Part shown: positions 24,615-37,802 of the stretch, piece by piece
Position numbering within the stretch: position 1 is the first letter of the stretch
Layout: each line of letters starts with the position of its first letter
Assembly: GCF_001194135.2 (NCBI RefSeq)
Contig: NC_069001.1
Location: 18,913,791-18,977,790, forward strand
From: Octopus bimaculoides
Lineage: Eukaryota
DNA length: 64,000 nt
Direction of reading: 5' to 3'
The notes under the pieces: generated by a model
The model's input: only the letters and a program-made list of their open reading frames with translations
What the model was told of the DNA's origin: nothing
Databases searched by the model: none
Made by a program: the position numbers and the translations under genes

Positions 24615-25647
24615 GTCTGCTTCAAATACAGTACCCCAGATAGCCTACCCCAGACTACATGGACTACATTAGCCAGTGTCTCACATTTTAAAAAAGTAGT
24701 GTGATTCACTGCTGGTTTAGCTGCTGTTTTTAATAAATCAAACAACCACGTAATGGTTTCCTCTTTATTGTCAGCATTGTTCTTATTGTTGTGGTTAGTT
24801 CTTTGGCTGATGGTGGTTGTTATTGTTGTTGTGGCAGTAAAGGCAGTGGTAGTCGTGGTGACCATGGTTTTGGTTGTGGTAGTATTGGTAGTAGTTAATT
24901 TTTTTTACTGCATGAGTGTATGCTTTTGGGATTACAGTACTCTGCTGTTCTGTTTCAGTGTATATAAAAAAAACACACACAGTATTCTCTGTCTATAAAA
25001 AGGTTATCTGGAGTCCACAGCTATTGTGAGAGAGCTCAGGAAATTGTGTAATTTTCTGCAGACTAACTGTACAGCTGCATTTCATATTAACTGCATCTTG
25101 ACTGCATGCATCTCTCAAATCACTCACATCAGATTGTTTTCTTCCTGCTTCTCTTTTGTTTTATGTGTTATCCTCTAGTACTGTTTGTTGCACTTAGATT
25201 ATTCTGTTCCACTAGTGTATTTCATTGCATCATACAACCACATATGCACACACCTGCACATTTACTCATACACATACTCGTGGGCACAAAAACACAACAT
25301 ACGGACACACATTCTTGCATCTACATACCTATATAATTGCATAAATACCTCTACACACTTGTATACTCTCACATGCACACATCAGTATATACTTGCATAC
25401 AATTCCATGCTTAGAAACTTGCATCCAACACCTGAATGCACTTGTACACATTCACATGGTCACACATATGCAGTTTCATGAATCCACCTACATACTCCTA
25501 TTCATACACGCCTGCACCTTTTCATGTACACACCTTTATACACCCAAATACATCGACTCACCTCATTCACTTATCACAAACTTGTATACACTCACAACAC
25601 ATTTATCTGTGCTTCAGCATATATATATATATATATATCTGTGTGTG

Positions 25648-25679
<32 letters not shown>

Positions 25680-26116
25680 GGTGCAGGCATGGCTGTGTGA
25701 TAAGAAGCTTGCTTCACAACTACATGGTTCTGGTTTCAGTCCCACTGCATGGCACCTTGGGCAAGTGCCTTCTACTATATCCTTGGGTTGAACAAAGTCT
25801 TATGAGTGGATTTGGTAGACAGAAAATGAAAGAAGCCCATTGTATGTATATATATATTGAAAGAAAAGAAAATGGAGAATTATGGATGTATAAATAATTT
25901 ATTTGTATGATATAAAGATGTTGAAATTTTTTTTATAAAAACAATACAAATAAATTATAAAACTCTAAAAGAAATGGCAGATGCCAAAAACCTACATATA
26001 TGTTTCGATTCATACCCCTAAGTGATATGTAATTCTAAGCATTTGGTCATATGCTAAGAATTGGTATCATTTTCAACTATATGGGGCAGAATCTCACGAG
26101 CTTATATATTTATATA

Positions 26117-27318
26117 TGAGATTGTAACGAAAGTTCTGTCCATATTTTTGAAGGATAACTATAAGAAATGGTTACACCGATCTAGCTTCTAAATTATATT
26201 AGTAACTATTTAAATCTCTAGAATATTATTTCTTCTTTCAGATGACTCAAATGTACACTCCAAGTAAAGAGCACATACAGCATGTTTTACTGTTTGAATT
26301 ACAGAAGGGGAATACAGCAAGTTCAGCAGCACGATCACTCAAAAACACTTACGGAAATGATGTGTGAATGAAAGGACATGCAGAAGATGATTATCATATT
26401 TCAAAAAGGGTGACTTCTGTCTAAAAGAAGAAGCAAGAGAAGGATGCCCCAAAGGACTCAATTCTGAGGAATTGCAAGTTGCTCTTAATGAAAATCCAAC
26501 CATTACAACTAGGGAACTGAGCAAGGAATTTAATGTGAGCCATATGACCATCTTTCATGAAATAACAAGGCTGGAAGATGGGTTCCACATGATCTGTCAG
26601 AAAACAATTATAAACAACATGTGGACTGCTGTGTTTCATTGTATTCTTGTGAACTTTTTTAGACAGAATCATTACTAGAGATGAGAAGTGGATTCTCTAC
26701 AACAATGTTAAGTGCAAAAGACAGTGGCTTGACTGTAATTCAAGGCCTATCCAACAGCCTTGAAGTGGTTTGCATCCAAAGAAGATTCTTTTGAGTGTAT
26801 GGTGGGACATGAGAGGAATTGTTTATTATGTGCTGTTAAATGACAATCAAACAATAACAGCTGAAGTTTACTGCCAGCAGCTAAGACGTTTGAAATCAGT
26901 CTTGCAGGAAAACGGCCTTCGCTGGTAAACACAAAAGGAGTGATCCTGCAGCATGATAATGCCAGACCCCACACGCAAGAGTGACTAAGAATCTCCTAGA
27001 AGAATTTGGTTGGGAAATTATGCTCCACCGACTATATTTTCCTGACCTTGCTCCAACAGATTACCGTCTTTTTAGAAACTTACAAAATCATTTTGCAGGA
27101 CTTTAGCTTACTTCAAGAGAAGAGGTTGAAATGAAGCTAGTTTCTTTTTTTGAGTCAGAATCAAATGAATTGTATGAAAAGGGTATCAAAAAACTTAGGG
27201 AAAGATGGGAAAATGTCGTTAAAAAGAATGGTGACTGTTGATTGAATAAATCCAGTTTGGCTGCGCTTACATTTTTATTTCAATTAGAAAAATAGGCAGA
27301 ACTTTCGTTACAACCTGA
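26117..27318 (+). mobile_element. Full-length degenerate mariner (cecropia/Hsmar1-like)
   Basis: TIR TTGTAACGAAAGTTCTG at both ends. Frameshifted motifs EHIQHVLLFE, WVPHDL, DEKW, HDNARPH and PDLAPTDY. Confidence 0.9.
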
Positions 27319-27360
27319 TTATATATCTATCTATCTATATATATATATATATATATATAT

Positions 27361-27752
27361 ATTCTTTTATTCTTTTACTTGTTTCAGTCATTTGACTGCA
27401 GCCATGCTGGAGCACCGCCTTCAGTCGAGCAAATCAACCCCAGGACTTATTCTTTGTAAGCCTAGTACTTATTCTATCGGCCTCTTTTTACCGAACCGCC
27501 AAGTTACGGGGACCTAAACACATCAGGATCGGTTGTCAAGCGATGTTGGGGACAAACACAGATACACAACATATACACACATACATATATATATACATAT
27601 ATACGACGGGCTTATTTCAGTTTCCGTCTACCAAATCCACTCACAAGGCTTTGGTCGGCCCGAGGCTATAATAGAAGACACTTGCCCAAAGTGCCACGCA
27701 GTGGGACTGAACCCGGAACCATGTGGCTGGTAAGCAAACTACTTACCACACA

Positions 27753-27805
<53 letters not shown>

Positions 27806-28430
27806 ATTCTTTTATTCTTTTACTTGTTTCAGTCATTTGACTGTGGCCATGCTGGAGCACCACCTTAAAGGAATTTGGTTGAAGAAATTGATCCCAGGAC
27901 TTATTCTTTGTAAATCTAGTACTTATTTTATCAGTCTCTTTTGCTGAACCACTAAATTACAGGGGACATAAACACATCTGCATTGGTTGTCAAGTGATGG
28001 TGGGGGGACAAGCACAGACACAAAGACACATGCATAAATAATAACATATGTATATATATGACAGGCTTCTTTCAGTTTCCATCTACCAAATCCATTCACA
28101 AGGCTTTAGTTAGCCTGAAGCTATAATAGAAGACACTGGTCCAAAGTGCCACAGTGAGACTGAACCTGGAACCATGTGGTTGGGAAGCAAGCTTCTTACC
28201 ACACAGCCATGCCTATATCTAAGTGTATGTGTCCTTGTGTCTGTGTTTGTCTCCCACCACTTCTTGACAACCAGTGCTGGTATGTTTACATCCCTGTTAT
28301 TTAGTGGTTCGGCAAAAGAGACCAACAGAATAAGTACCAGGCTTAAAATAATAGGTACTGCAGTTGATTCATTCAACTAAAAATTTCCCAAGGTGGTGCC
28401 CAATGGCTGAAACAAGTAGAAGATAAAAGA
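27361..28430. mobile_element. Cluster of three OK-like SINEs (two tandem minus copies, one plus tail)
   Basis: 27361-27752 (-), 27805-28215 (-) and 28216-28430 (+, body/tail only), separated by (TA)n. Confidence 0.8.
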
Positions 28431-29668
28431 TATATGCACACATGCACATCACTGCCTATCTATCTCCCTCCACCCACCAGTCTTGATTCACCACCACTGA
28501 GGCACCCCCTTCCAACTCAGTTGTGTCCAACTCCTCCTCCATCCCTCTGGAATCTCCTTGTTTATCATGTCCTCCTTACAACATTGATGACATATCTATA
28601 TCACTGGTCTTGGAGAGTCTACAAAGGTCATGGGCATTGGCACTTCCTCCAATCTTAAGAAGCTGTAACTGAAATATACACACTGTAGCCGCTTGACACA
28701 CACTAGAATCACTTTGGTTCACACGCACACACTAACCTACTTGCATATACATACACACTGTAGCCCACTTATAAACACTATAGCTTACTTATGTATACAC
28801 ACACACACATACACACACTGTAACCTTGTTCATATATATACATTACAGCCTACTTACGTACACACACTCATGTTCTATCCTACTTCTATATATATATATA
28901 CACACATCTACACACACACACTCTAGCCCTACTTATAATTAGACAGACAAACTTTCTCCATTTCCCATTTCACCCACCACATCCTGTGTAGTTTCAGATT
29001 TTGACACAATCCTCTTAAGTCATTTTAGCTCTAATCCATAAATCCATGGATAATCCTCACTGGTTATATGTTGCTAGTATTTCTAACTCTCTCTAAAACC
29101 TCTCTCTCCCCCTCTCTCTCTCCCTCTATGTGTGTGTATACACACACATATATGAAGTATAAATGCATCTATACTTGCATGCATGGAAGATAGACGTTAA
29201 ACGATGATGATGATTTTAGATATATATATATTGCATGATGAACCACTTTTGGTAATGAAAGGTTTCTCTTTCAGAGTGAAAGGTAGACATATGATGGCTA
29301 TGTGTGGACTACAGCGTTACATGGTGGTGTACAGATGATGTATGAAGACTAGAAAGTAATAAAGCTAGCATGGTCTGCTGGACGTGCAATTTAAATGTGC
29401 ATGAACAACAGTATAGATGTGTTGAGAGATGTAGTATCAAAGAACGAAAACTGCATTGGTATGGACATGTGATGCTTATGGAAGAGGATAGGTTTGTGCA
29501 GAAGTACTAAATGTTTACAGAAGATGGAACTTGTGGAAGGGGTAGGATGAGATGATGAAGGCTGATCTCAGGGGGCGATTAGCAATACTCAGTACTTGAG
29601 AAATCCACTAAGAGATGCTAGCATGGCATGACTGAAGTTCTGTGAGCATATGTATTACACACTATATA

Positions 29669-30932
29669 CAGGATGTTAGAGCTAAATTTTGCAGTTTTTT
29701 TTTTTTAGCTAAATTTTGCAGTTTTTATTTTTAGCTAAATTTTGCAGTTTTTTTTTTTTAGCTAAATTTTGCAGTTTTTTTTTTTAGCTAAATTTTGCAG
29801 TTTTTTTTTTTAGCTAAATTTTGCAGNNNNNNNNNNNNNNNNNNNNNNNNNNNNNNNNNNNNNNNNNNNNNNNNNNNNNNNNNNNNNNNNNNNNNNNNNN
29901 NNNNNNNNNNNNNNNNNNNNNNNNNNNNNNNNNNNNNNNNNNNNNNNNNNNNNNNNNNNNNNNNNNNNNNNNNNNNNNNNNNNNNNNNNNNNNNNNNNNN
30001 NNNNNNNNNNNNNNNNNNNNNNNNNNNNNNNNNNNNNNNNNNNNNNNNNNNNNNNNNNNNNNNNNNNNNNNNNNNNNNNNNNNNNNNNNNNNNNNNNNNN
30101 NNNNNNNNNNNNNNNNNNNNNNNNNNNNNNNNNNNNNNNNNNNNNNNNNNNNNNNNNNNNNNNNNNNNNNNNNNNNNNNNNNNNNNNNNNNNNNNNNNNN
30201 NNNNNNNNNNNNNNNNNNNNNTTTTTTTTTTTTTTAGCTAAATTTTGCAGTTTTTTTTTTTAGCTAAATTTTGCAGTATTTTAAAATGTTGACGATATTG
30301 GCAAGATTATGGCTGGGAGATAAAAGTAGCTGCTCTCAGGACTTGGTGCATACGTCCTTCACTGTATCCCTAGGAAAATCTTTGAACACTTCCTTGATCT
30401 TGGCCACAAAAGCAGTTGGTGTCTTTCTCAATGGCACCCCACACATAGTAATCCATAGCATTACAATTGAGAGAATTAGAAGGCCAAAAATTGGGGCTAG
30501 TGAAGTCATAGAAATTCTCCAACAACACTTCTAACTCTTTCTAGAGATATGGCAAGGAACTGAATCCTGCTGCCACACATATGGTTTTTTAGCAGCAACC
30601 AACCAGAGATTGACCACAGTCTTCAGCATTGTCACATTACCATTTGAATTGAGCCTTAAGCCCTGTCCAAAGATGTGAGGATGAATTCTGACATGTAGAT
30701 GTAGACAGAATGTCTGCTGTGTCACATCTTATAGCCTTTACAGTGTTCACAGAGCATTGAGCAGCAGTCATGATGTCAGTGTTTCGATACCCAGTGTGAA
30801 TCATCATGATACAGGTAACTCTCTTCCAATATTCAGATGGTCTCCAGTCGTTTATGTCAGCTAACTTTTTCTCAACTACAACTTTAATCTTTATGCTTTC
30901 TAATACTGTTAACTGTTCACCTTATCACCCTG
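29669..30932 (-). mobile_element. Tc1/mariner-superfamily element, probably maT/DD37D-like, internally deleted, with a satellite expansion in one end
   Basis: TA|CAGGATGTTA... and ...TATCACCCTG|TA ends with partly similar TIRs (...CAGTATT). Minus-strand VWQQDSVPCH, SPNFWP..NCNAMDYYVWG and N-terminal WRPSEYWKR. The subfamily call is inferred from these motifs. Confidence 0.7.
29680..30276. repeat. Tandem array of about 26-bp units, (T)10-13AGCTAAATTTTGCAG, spanning a gap
   Basis: Six units are visible left of the 395-N gap (29827-30221) and two to the right. Confidence 0.9.
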
Positions 30933-31199
30933 TATACATACTATATGCACACAAGTAGTTCTGCCTTCCAACCAATTTCCCTGTCATGTTTACAACTGCT
31001 ACTGTCTCTCCTTCCCCCCACACAAACAACTGGTTCCCCTCCTCCAGCCACATCTTATTGACATCCATCCCTTATTCTTGCCATCATCATCGTTCTACCC
31101 ATATTTACCATAGATCACTTTTCCCTTGTTTATATCTATCTCTTGCTCTCCCCCCACATTCTTCCACTGAAAGTGAATGACTACAGAATCTACGGGTAT

Positions 31200-32540
31200 A
31201 ATGTGAGTTTTTGTTGGACTTAAGGTAGGGGCAGAATGTTTTTGAACTTAAGTCAAAAGTTAGGTAGAATAAGTTTACCACAGTAGTGCCCTTTTCAAAA
31301 GAGATACATTAGAATTTTTGAAAAATATCTATTGTTTCTTCCTTCGTCTTTTGGAGGACAAAGAAGAATGATTACTCACAATAAGGAGAGCATTGTCTTG
31401 ATACAGACTTCGCCCAACAAAAGGGAAGAACTTATGGAATTTGTGTAGGAGGTATAAACCTATGAGGTTGTAACTTGGGCAGAGTCAGATGAGCCCATAG
31501 TGATATCATATTCATTGTCCTGGGCAGGTCAGGATCATAATTCACCTTGGAAGCTGATAAAAGTACATCTAGCTGTAAAGATAATATTACTTTCATTGTT
31601 TCAGATTTTGGCAAATTTCTGTGTGAAGATAAGCACCTTATTGAGTAGGATAAGAGAAATAGATGAATAATAATTGGTTTTCTGTTAAACTGGAGGAAGG
31701 AAATATCATTTTTGTTATTAAGTTTGCTGAACCAAGTTATAACTCCACTGGAGTTATTCCATCGGCTTAGGTGGTTGCGATGTTTAACAATGGAAATTAT
31801 TCCATCTAATATGGCTTTACTTACCCTATCTAGATCAGATTTAAAGGATCAGATGAATCTAACTGAGGGTTTAAGCAAAAAGTTTGGTTTGGAGTCTGTA
31901 AGTGTAATATGTGAGTTCCTAGGCTGGTTTCATATGATCTTCTAAATTTAACCCTTTTATCATTCATATTTCTCTGTCAAATGGAAAGCTGATTTATTCA
32001 CATTGTTTTAAATTAATCATTCATTATCTTGTAGCATTGAGAGTTCAGTAATGTGATTGTTATTTTTAGAATGACATTATAGGATAGGTGTAAGAGATCA
32101 GATCTGGCTGATTTGAACATAAAACCGAATATTTGGGCCAAATATGGCTGGTTTAAATGCTAAAGGGTTAAGGTAGAAATTAGGGTATCAGTCCTAGTAT
32201 TAATATCACCAGTCTTTTTATAGTTCTTATTGAACTCTTTTCTAATGAATTTCAGATATGTGCTAAGTTGCAAGTAATAGATATTTCCAGTTTTGTTCAC
32301 AGTTATCTGTAGTTTATCCGATTTTTGAATCTGGTTGATGATATCTCATAAAATTTCTGTTGAAATGGATTGTGACTGTTACAGAATTTTACATTCCTGA
32401 TCATATTTAGGATGTCTTTCTCAAACTGGTCAAGTAGATGGTTCTGTGGAGGAGATATATAAGTTCAGAAGTTACTGTGGTAGAGATCATATTTGGTTGC
32501 CAGGATTTCCTTCTCCTTATCATAGTATTCTAGCAATAAT
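31200..32540 (-). pseudogene. Degenerate Penelope-like element RT, split by a piggyBac MITE
   Basis: Minus-strand FEKDILNMIRNVKF, DLDRVSKAILD...WNNSSGVITWF..ISFLQF, DITMGSSDSAQVT.LIGLYLL and SLYQDNAL (cf. PLE GLYRDDGL). Confidence 0.7.
31952..32167. mobile_element. piggyBac-type MITE
   Basis: TTAA|CCCTTTTATCATT ... AATGCTAAAGGG|TTAA: TTAA duplicated on both sides and 12-bp imperfect TIRs. Confidence 0.9.
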
Positions 32541-32689
32541 AGTGTTGGTCTTTAGGTACATCTTCATGTACTTAATTCAAGGTACATCTTCATGTTTAGG
32601 TATGTTTTTTTAAAGGTATGCCGATGTACTACTTTTCCCAGTTTAAACTTTACTGGATGTGCTTAATGCTTACCCAAGAGAAGTGTGGT

Positions 32690-33670
32690 GATTTTGTGTT
32701 ATGCTAAGAAGAGGTGCACAATACAGGAATTCTTGAACCGAGTCAAGTACAACAAACTACTCCAAATCATTTTTGAGTATCTGCATAAGTGGAGTCAAGA
32801 CCAGCAAGTTCGTACTGAGTGAATTGATCCACTAATCAGGCAATACTTGGACAAATTACATACTATTTTTTAAAATAGTGAATCTCCAAGTGAAGCACCT
32901 GACGCAAAGAACAGTCCCAATGTTGAAATACCATGTGGAAATCCCAATGAGGAAAGCAACTCCAAGGTAACCATTAATGAGGATATTCTTATTCATGGGG
33001 GTGAAAAAGTTTGAAAAGTAAAAGAAAAGTTCCTAAGAAAAGCAGCCCCAACACCACCTCTCAAAGCACTGGAGAGAAAAAAGGAACCAACTGAAAGACC
33101 GATGAAACACAAATATAAAAAACAGCAGAAAGAAACCACAAAAGAAACAAGGAAACAGTGCCTGAAGTGTGTATCATCTGTAAATTTTACATAAAAGATA
33201 TGGAGATATTGAGACAAAGTAGACTTTGTGCATCCAAAGCTCAGGCAGAATGGAACCCATGACAAAAACCACTCTCCACTTAGCCAACAAAATAGAATAA
33301 AACCACACCAAGAGGGACTCATATCCTAATGCAGACCTGCAGTAAAGAAGACCGCTAAAAAATGGTGTGCAATGCAAACTGCAACAATAGAACAGCAAAA
33401 TTTTTTTAATGTGGCACAAAAAATAGTGCAGCAGTTGGCATGGTTCCAAATAAAACTAAGCCATGCACACCCACACATAAGACCACTACAAATAGACCCA
33501 GGATAACCACCCTTACCACTAAGCTGACCATCACACCAATTCTATTAATAAATTTCAGAAGCCTCCTACAAAGCAACAGCAAATGCAAAATTGCATACCT
33601 GAAGAAGCTTTCTGCATATCAAGCAATATGTATTGGAATCTTTTCTGTTTGGCTAATTCCTTTAGTTTTG
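32690..33670 (+). pseudogene. Degenerate 5' part of an APE-type LINE (possibly CR1/L2 group): CCCH-like ORF1 and start of the endonuclease
   Basis: A long, mostly open frame leads to frameshifted ICKFYIK...RY.DK.DFVHPKL (CCCH zinc-finger-like), then ILLINFRSLLQSNSKCKIAYLKKL...ICIGIFSVWL, resembling an APE N-terminus (N.RSL...ETWL). Confidence 0.45.
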
Positions 33671-34559
33671 TTCCAGTCGATTTCAAATTTGGTGTATTGA
33701 TGTAGTTTTTTTGTGCTAATTATGGAAATGAAATTAATTTATGCCATAAATTAATAAATAAAAAGTTAATAGCTTTTCAACTTTTCAAATTTCAGCTAAT
33801 TTTAGGAAATCAAAAGCCACAGACACATTGGTGACTGCTACCCTAGTAACAAGCCAAAGTATAGTCTGCTTTGGGAAGGTTGTTGAGATAGATAAAACAG
33901 TCTTCTCAAGATGTAAATACATCCGATGAAGAGTGCTACCTCAGTGGTGGCTTTTCAGAGGAGTGTGTTGCAAGATCAGTGTGTTGCTATGTCGGAATCA
34001 CAATACACTAGAGGAATGCATATGTTTGGTGATTCTTCCAGGAACCACAAGTTTCAGTCTCCACAAGTCACTCTGAAATTTCTGAAATTGATTATAATTT
34101 TCAACATAGAACAGTGAATCACAGCGTTGAGTTTATTACCTCAAAAGATGGTACCCATACACAACAAGTGGAAAGCACATAGGTGTCTGTAAAAAACAGC
34201 ACTGTGGTATCCGCCATTCTATGGCTAATTCGTATCTCTATGAGTTTATATGGTGCGGGAGATAGAAAAATTGTAATTTGTTTGACAAATTCCAAGAGTG
34301 CATCATAAACTTTTCTGTTTGAACTTTTGCTACAAAATATGTATTGTTTACATGTACTGAACAGTTTTTTTTTATTTTTATCTTTTCTGTTTAGATGTAA
34401 TTTTGTATACTGATTATAGAAATGAAATTCATTTTTGCCATAAATTAATTCATCCTAATGTTTTATCTAATGTTATCATAGACAGCTATCATGCAGAAAA
34501 TGCCAGCTTCCAAATTTTGTTTTCTCTCACATACACACACACACTCACACATACATCTT

Positions 34560-34705
34560 CCATCTTATATATTATAGATGTATATATATACAATGGGCTT
34601 CTTTTAGTTTCCATCTACCAAATCCACTTGCCCATGGTCCCATGCAGTAGGACTGAACCCAGAACCATGTGGTTGGTAAGCAAGCTACTTACCACACAGC
34701 CACTC
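34560..34705 (-). mobile_element. OK-like SINE head fragment
   Basis: Reverse complement of GGCTGTGTGGTAAGTAGCTTGCTTACCAACCACATGGTTCTGGGTTCAGTCC. Confidence 0.7.
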
Positions 34706-34833
34706 CTGTTATTAACAGTTATTTTTTCAAAGCTATAATGGAAGTGACAAAGGAGCATATTCAGCCTATTTTATTTCATGAGTTCAATAAAGCAACAAAG
34801 TAATGGAAAGTGCAAGGAATATCAATGCAGTAT

Positions 34834-36664
34834 ATGCCATATTTCTGGTAAGGCATGCAGGAGAAATACCTAGCCAAAGTTAAACCTCTGTACTTGGCTT
34901 TTGTTGATTTGGAGAAAGCTTTTGACAGAGCCCCCCCCCCCCCGATCCATTATCTGGTGGGCGATGCAGAAACTAGGGATAGACAAGTGGTTGGTGAGAG
35001 CTGTACGGACCTTGTACAAGGACACTACCAGTAAGGTGATGGTGGGCAATGAGTACACCAAAGAATTCAGGGTACAAGTAGGGGTTCACCAAGGATGGTG
35101 CCCAGCCCCCTCTATGTTCATCATAGTCCTCCAGGCAATAACAGAGGAATTTAGGACAGGCTATCCCTGGGAGCTCCTTTATGTTAATGACCTTGCTCTT
35201 ATAGCTAAATCACTACCTTAACTAGAGAAGAAGTTCCAGATATGGAAGCAAGGTCTAGAATCAAAGGGCTTTAGAGTTAACCTAGTAAAAACCAAAGTCG
35301 TAGTAAGTAGGAAGGCAGACAAATCACAATCCCCTTCAAGTAGATGGTCCTGCTCAATCTGTAGAAAAGGCATAGGTAGAAACTCCATAAGATGCACCCA
35401 GTGTAAGCTTTGGTCACACAAAAGGTGCAACAATATGAGAGGAAGGTTAACAGAGAAACTAACTTTTGTATGTGGAAGGTGCGCAGGCATAATAAACACT
35501 GAACATGTGCAGAAAATAGGCTCCATCAGTTGCGAGGGGGACATGCTATAGGTAGTAGATAGCTTCTGGTATCTAGGCTACTAGGTTAGTAGTGGAGGTG
35601 CTTGTTCCAAGAGCGTGCCTGTGAAAATAGGTTTAGACTAGGCAAAGTTCAGAGAGCTCCTACCCTTGTTGGCAACAAAGGATCTCTCACTCTCTCTCTC
35701 TCTCTCTCTCTCAAATTGAAAGGCAGATTGTTTGATGCCTGTGTGTGAACAGCTATGCTACATGGCAGTGAAACATGGGCTATGACAGCCATGGACATGC
35801 GTAGGCTTAAGAGAAATGAAGCCAGTATGCTTTGCTGGATGTGCAATGTCAGTGTGCATGTTTGGCAGAGTGTAAGCATCTTGAGAGAAAAGTTAGGCAT
35901 AAGAGGAATCAGATGTGGTTTGCAAAAGAGATGATTGTGCTGGTATGGTCATGTGATGCGTATGAACGAGGACAGTTGTATAAAAAAGTGCTAATCTCTA
36001 ACTGTGGAGGGGATCTGTGGTAGAGGTAGAGCCAGGAAGACATGGGATGAGGCGGTGAAGCATGAACTTTGAACCTCACAGAGGCAATGACTAGAGACTG
36101 AGACCTTTGGTGATGTGCTCTGCTTAAGAGGACCCAACAAGCCAAGTGCAACTGTGCTGGTGGCATGTAAAAAAAAATCAACCTTTGAACATTGGGCCTC
36201 ATGAAGGCAAAGTGGCTGAGTACCTTTCAAGTGTTAGGCCTGACAGACACAAGGTAACTGAGTTCCTTTCAAGCATTAGGCCTAATGGAAGCAAAATGCC
36301 TGAGTTCCTTTCAAGTGTTGGGCTTACAGAGGCAAGGTGGCTGAGTTCCTTTCAAATGGGCCTTACGGAGGTGAGATGGCTGAGTTCCTTTTGAGCGTTG
36401 GGCCTCATGGAGGCAATGACCAAGACCTTTGGCATTATGTCATGCTTGAGAAGACCCATCAAGCTGAGTCATGGCAGTTACCACTGGCACGTAAAAGCAT
36501 CCATTACATTCTTTGAGTGGTTGGCATTAGGAAGGGCATCCAACTGTAGAAAACCATGCCAAATCAGACTGGATTCTGGCATAGCCTTCCAGCGTGCCAA
36601 CCCAGTCAAACTGTCCAACTCATGCCAGCATGGACAATGGATGTTAAATGATGATGATGATGAT
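34834..36664 (+). mobile_element. 5'-truncated RTE-type LINE (RT through 3' UTR)
   Basis: AFVDLEKAFD, VGVHQG, ELLYVNDLALIA, Cys-rich RWSCSICRKGIG...CTQCKLW, post-RT GRLFDACV..AMLHGSETW and a (GAT)n tail. Confidence 0.9.
36183..36420 (+). repeat. About 41-bp minisatellite inside the RTE 3' UTR
   Basis: Five to six units of CCTTTCAAGYRTTRGGCCT..RGAGGCAARGTGGCTGAGTT. Confidence 0.8.
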
Positions 36665-37802
36665 AGGAGATAATAAGCGGTGGTTCTAGAAATTCTGAGC
36701 CAGAAACTACAGCCTAGAAGATGAGCCTTGTCCTGGAAGATCTGTGGAGTTCAATGAGGATGTCCTGCAAACCCTGGTGGAACAAAATCCCATCGTAACT
36801 GTTGAGGAACTAGCAGAGAAGATTGGATTTCATCATTCAACCATCCATCAACACCTGAATGCTATTGAAAAGTCAGAAAATTGGGTCAATGGGTTCCTCA
36901 CAAACTTAGAGAATGAATGTGTGCTCTTCTTTGCTGCCATGTCTCATGAATGAACTATGTTTGGACCATATAGTGACTGGTGATGAGAAATGGGTTCTCT
37001 ATAAAAATGTCAAGCACCGAAGAATGTGGGTAGGGAAAGGAGAAGCACCAGCACCCCAGGCTAAAGAAGGTCTACACCCATGTAAGGTATTGTTATCTGT
37101 TTGATGGGATATGAATGATTTAGTCCACTTTGAACTTTTAAACCCAAACCAAATGATAAAGATCTACTGCAAGCAGCTTGAGTGGCTTAAGTCTGTTCTA
37201 GAAGAAAAACGACCATCTTTGGTTTCAAGATGAAAAGTGTTCTTCCTTCAGGATAATGCTTGGCCACATACAGTGAGGATGACATTCCAAAGGCTGGAGC
37301 AGTTTGAATGGGAAATGATGCCCCACCTACCATATTTGTCAGACTGATTATCATTTATTTCACAGTCTTCAAAATCATTTGGACAGAAAAAATATGAATT
37401 CTGTAGACAAGGTTAGAACAGTACTGGAGGAGAATTTTTTGTCATTGACAAGTAAATTTTGGAAGAGGGGCCTTGCAAGTCTCCCAGATGGAAGAGAATT
37501 GTGGAAAATGAAGAATATACTTTACATTTAAAAAGAACTTTGTTTATCTTAATTTTGAAAATAAAAGAAGTATAAAAAAAACTGCATTATTTATGGGATG
37601 ACCTGATATATAAGCCCATATGTATTTGTATACATACATACATACATACATACATACATACATACATGCATGCATTACATACAAATAACAGCTCTTGAAC
37701 CAAACATTAATTTTTGATGAGGCATACTTTTGTTGCTTGATGAAGGATACTCTCCTAAAGCTAAATTTGGTAGTTCTAGTATGTTGTACAATTTATCTTC
37801 AA

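Larger units (their letters stand above)
34715..37606 (+). mobile_element. Cecropia-like mariner split by an RTE insertion
   Basis: N-terminus MEVTKEHIQ.IL.HEF at 34737-34833 resumes at 36666 (RWF.KF...SLEDEP), then HIVTGDEKWVLYKN, DNA.PH and a right TIR ...GGGATGACCTGA|TA. Confidence 0.8.

Noticed and set aside
24503-24998. Thr/Val-rich ORFs (also His/Ile-rich ORFs at 58069-58430 and 59462-59912)
   Set aside because: They are translations of degenerate trinucleotide microsatellites.
32690-33330. piggyBac or PHD-finger interpretation (TINEDILIHGG, KETRKQCLKC)
   Set aside because: No DDD core or TTAA/TIR ends. The CCCH plus APE-start reading explains more residues.
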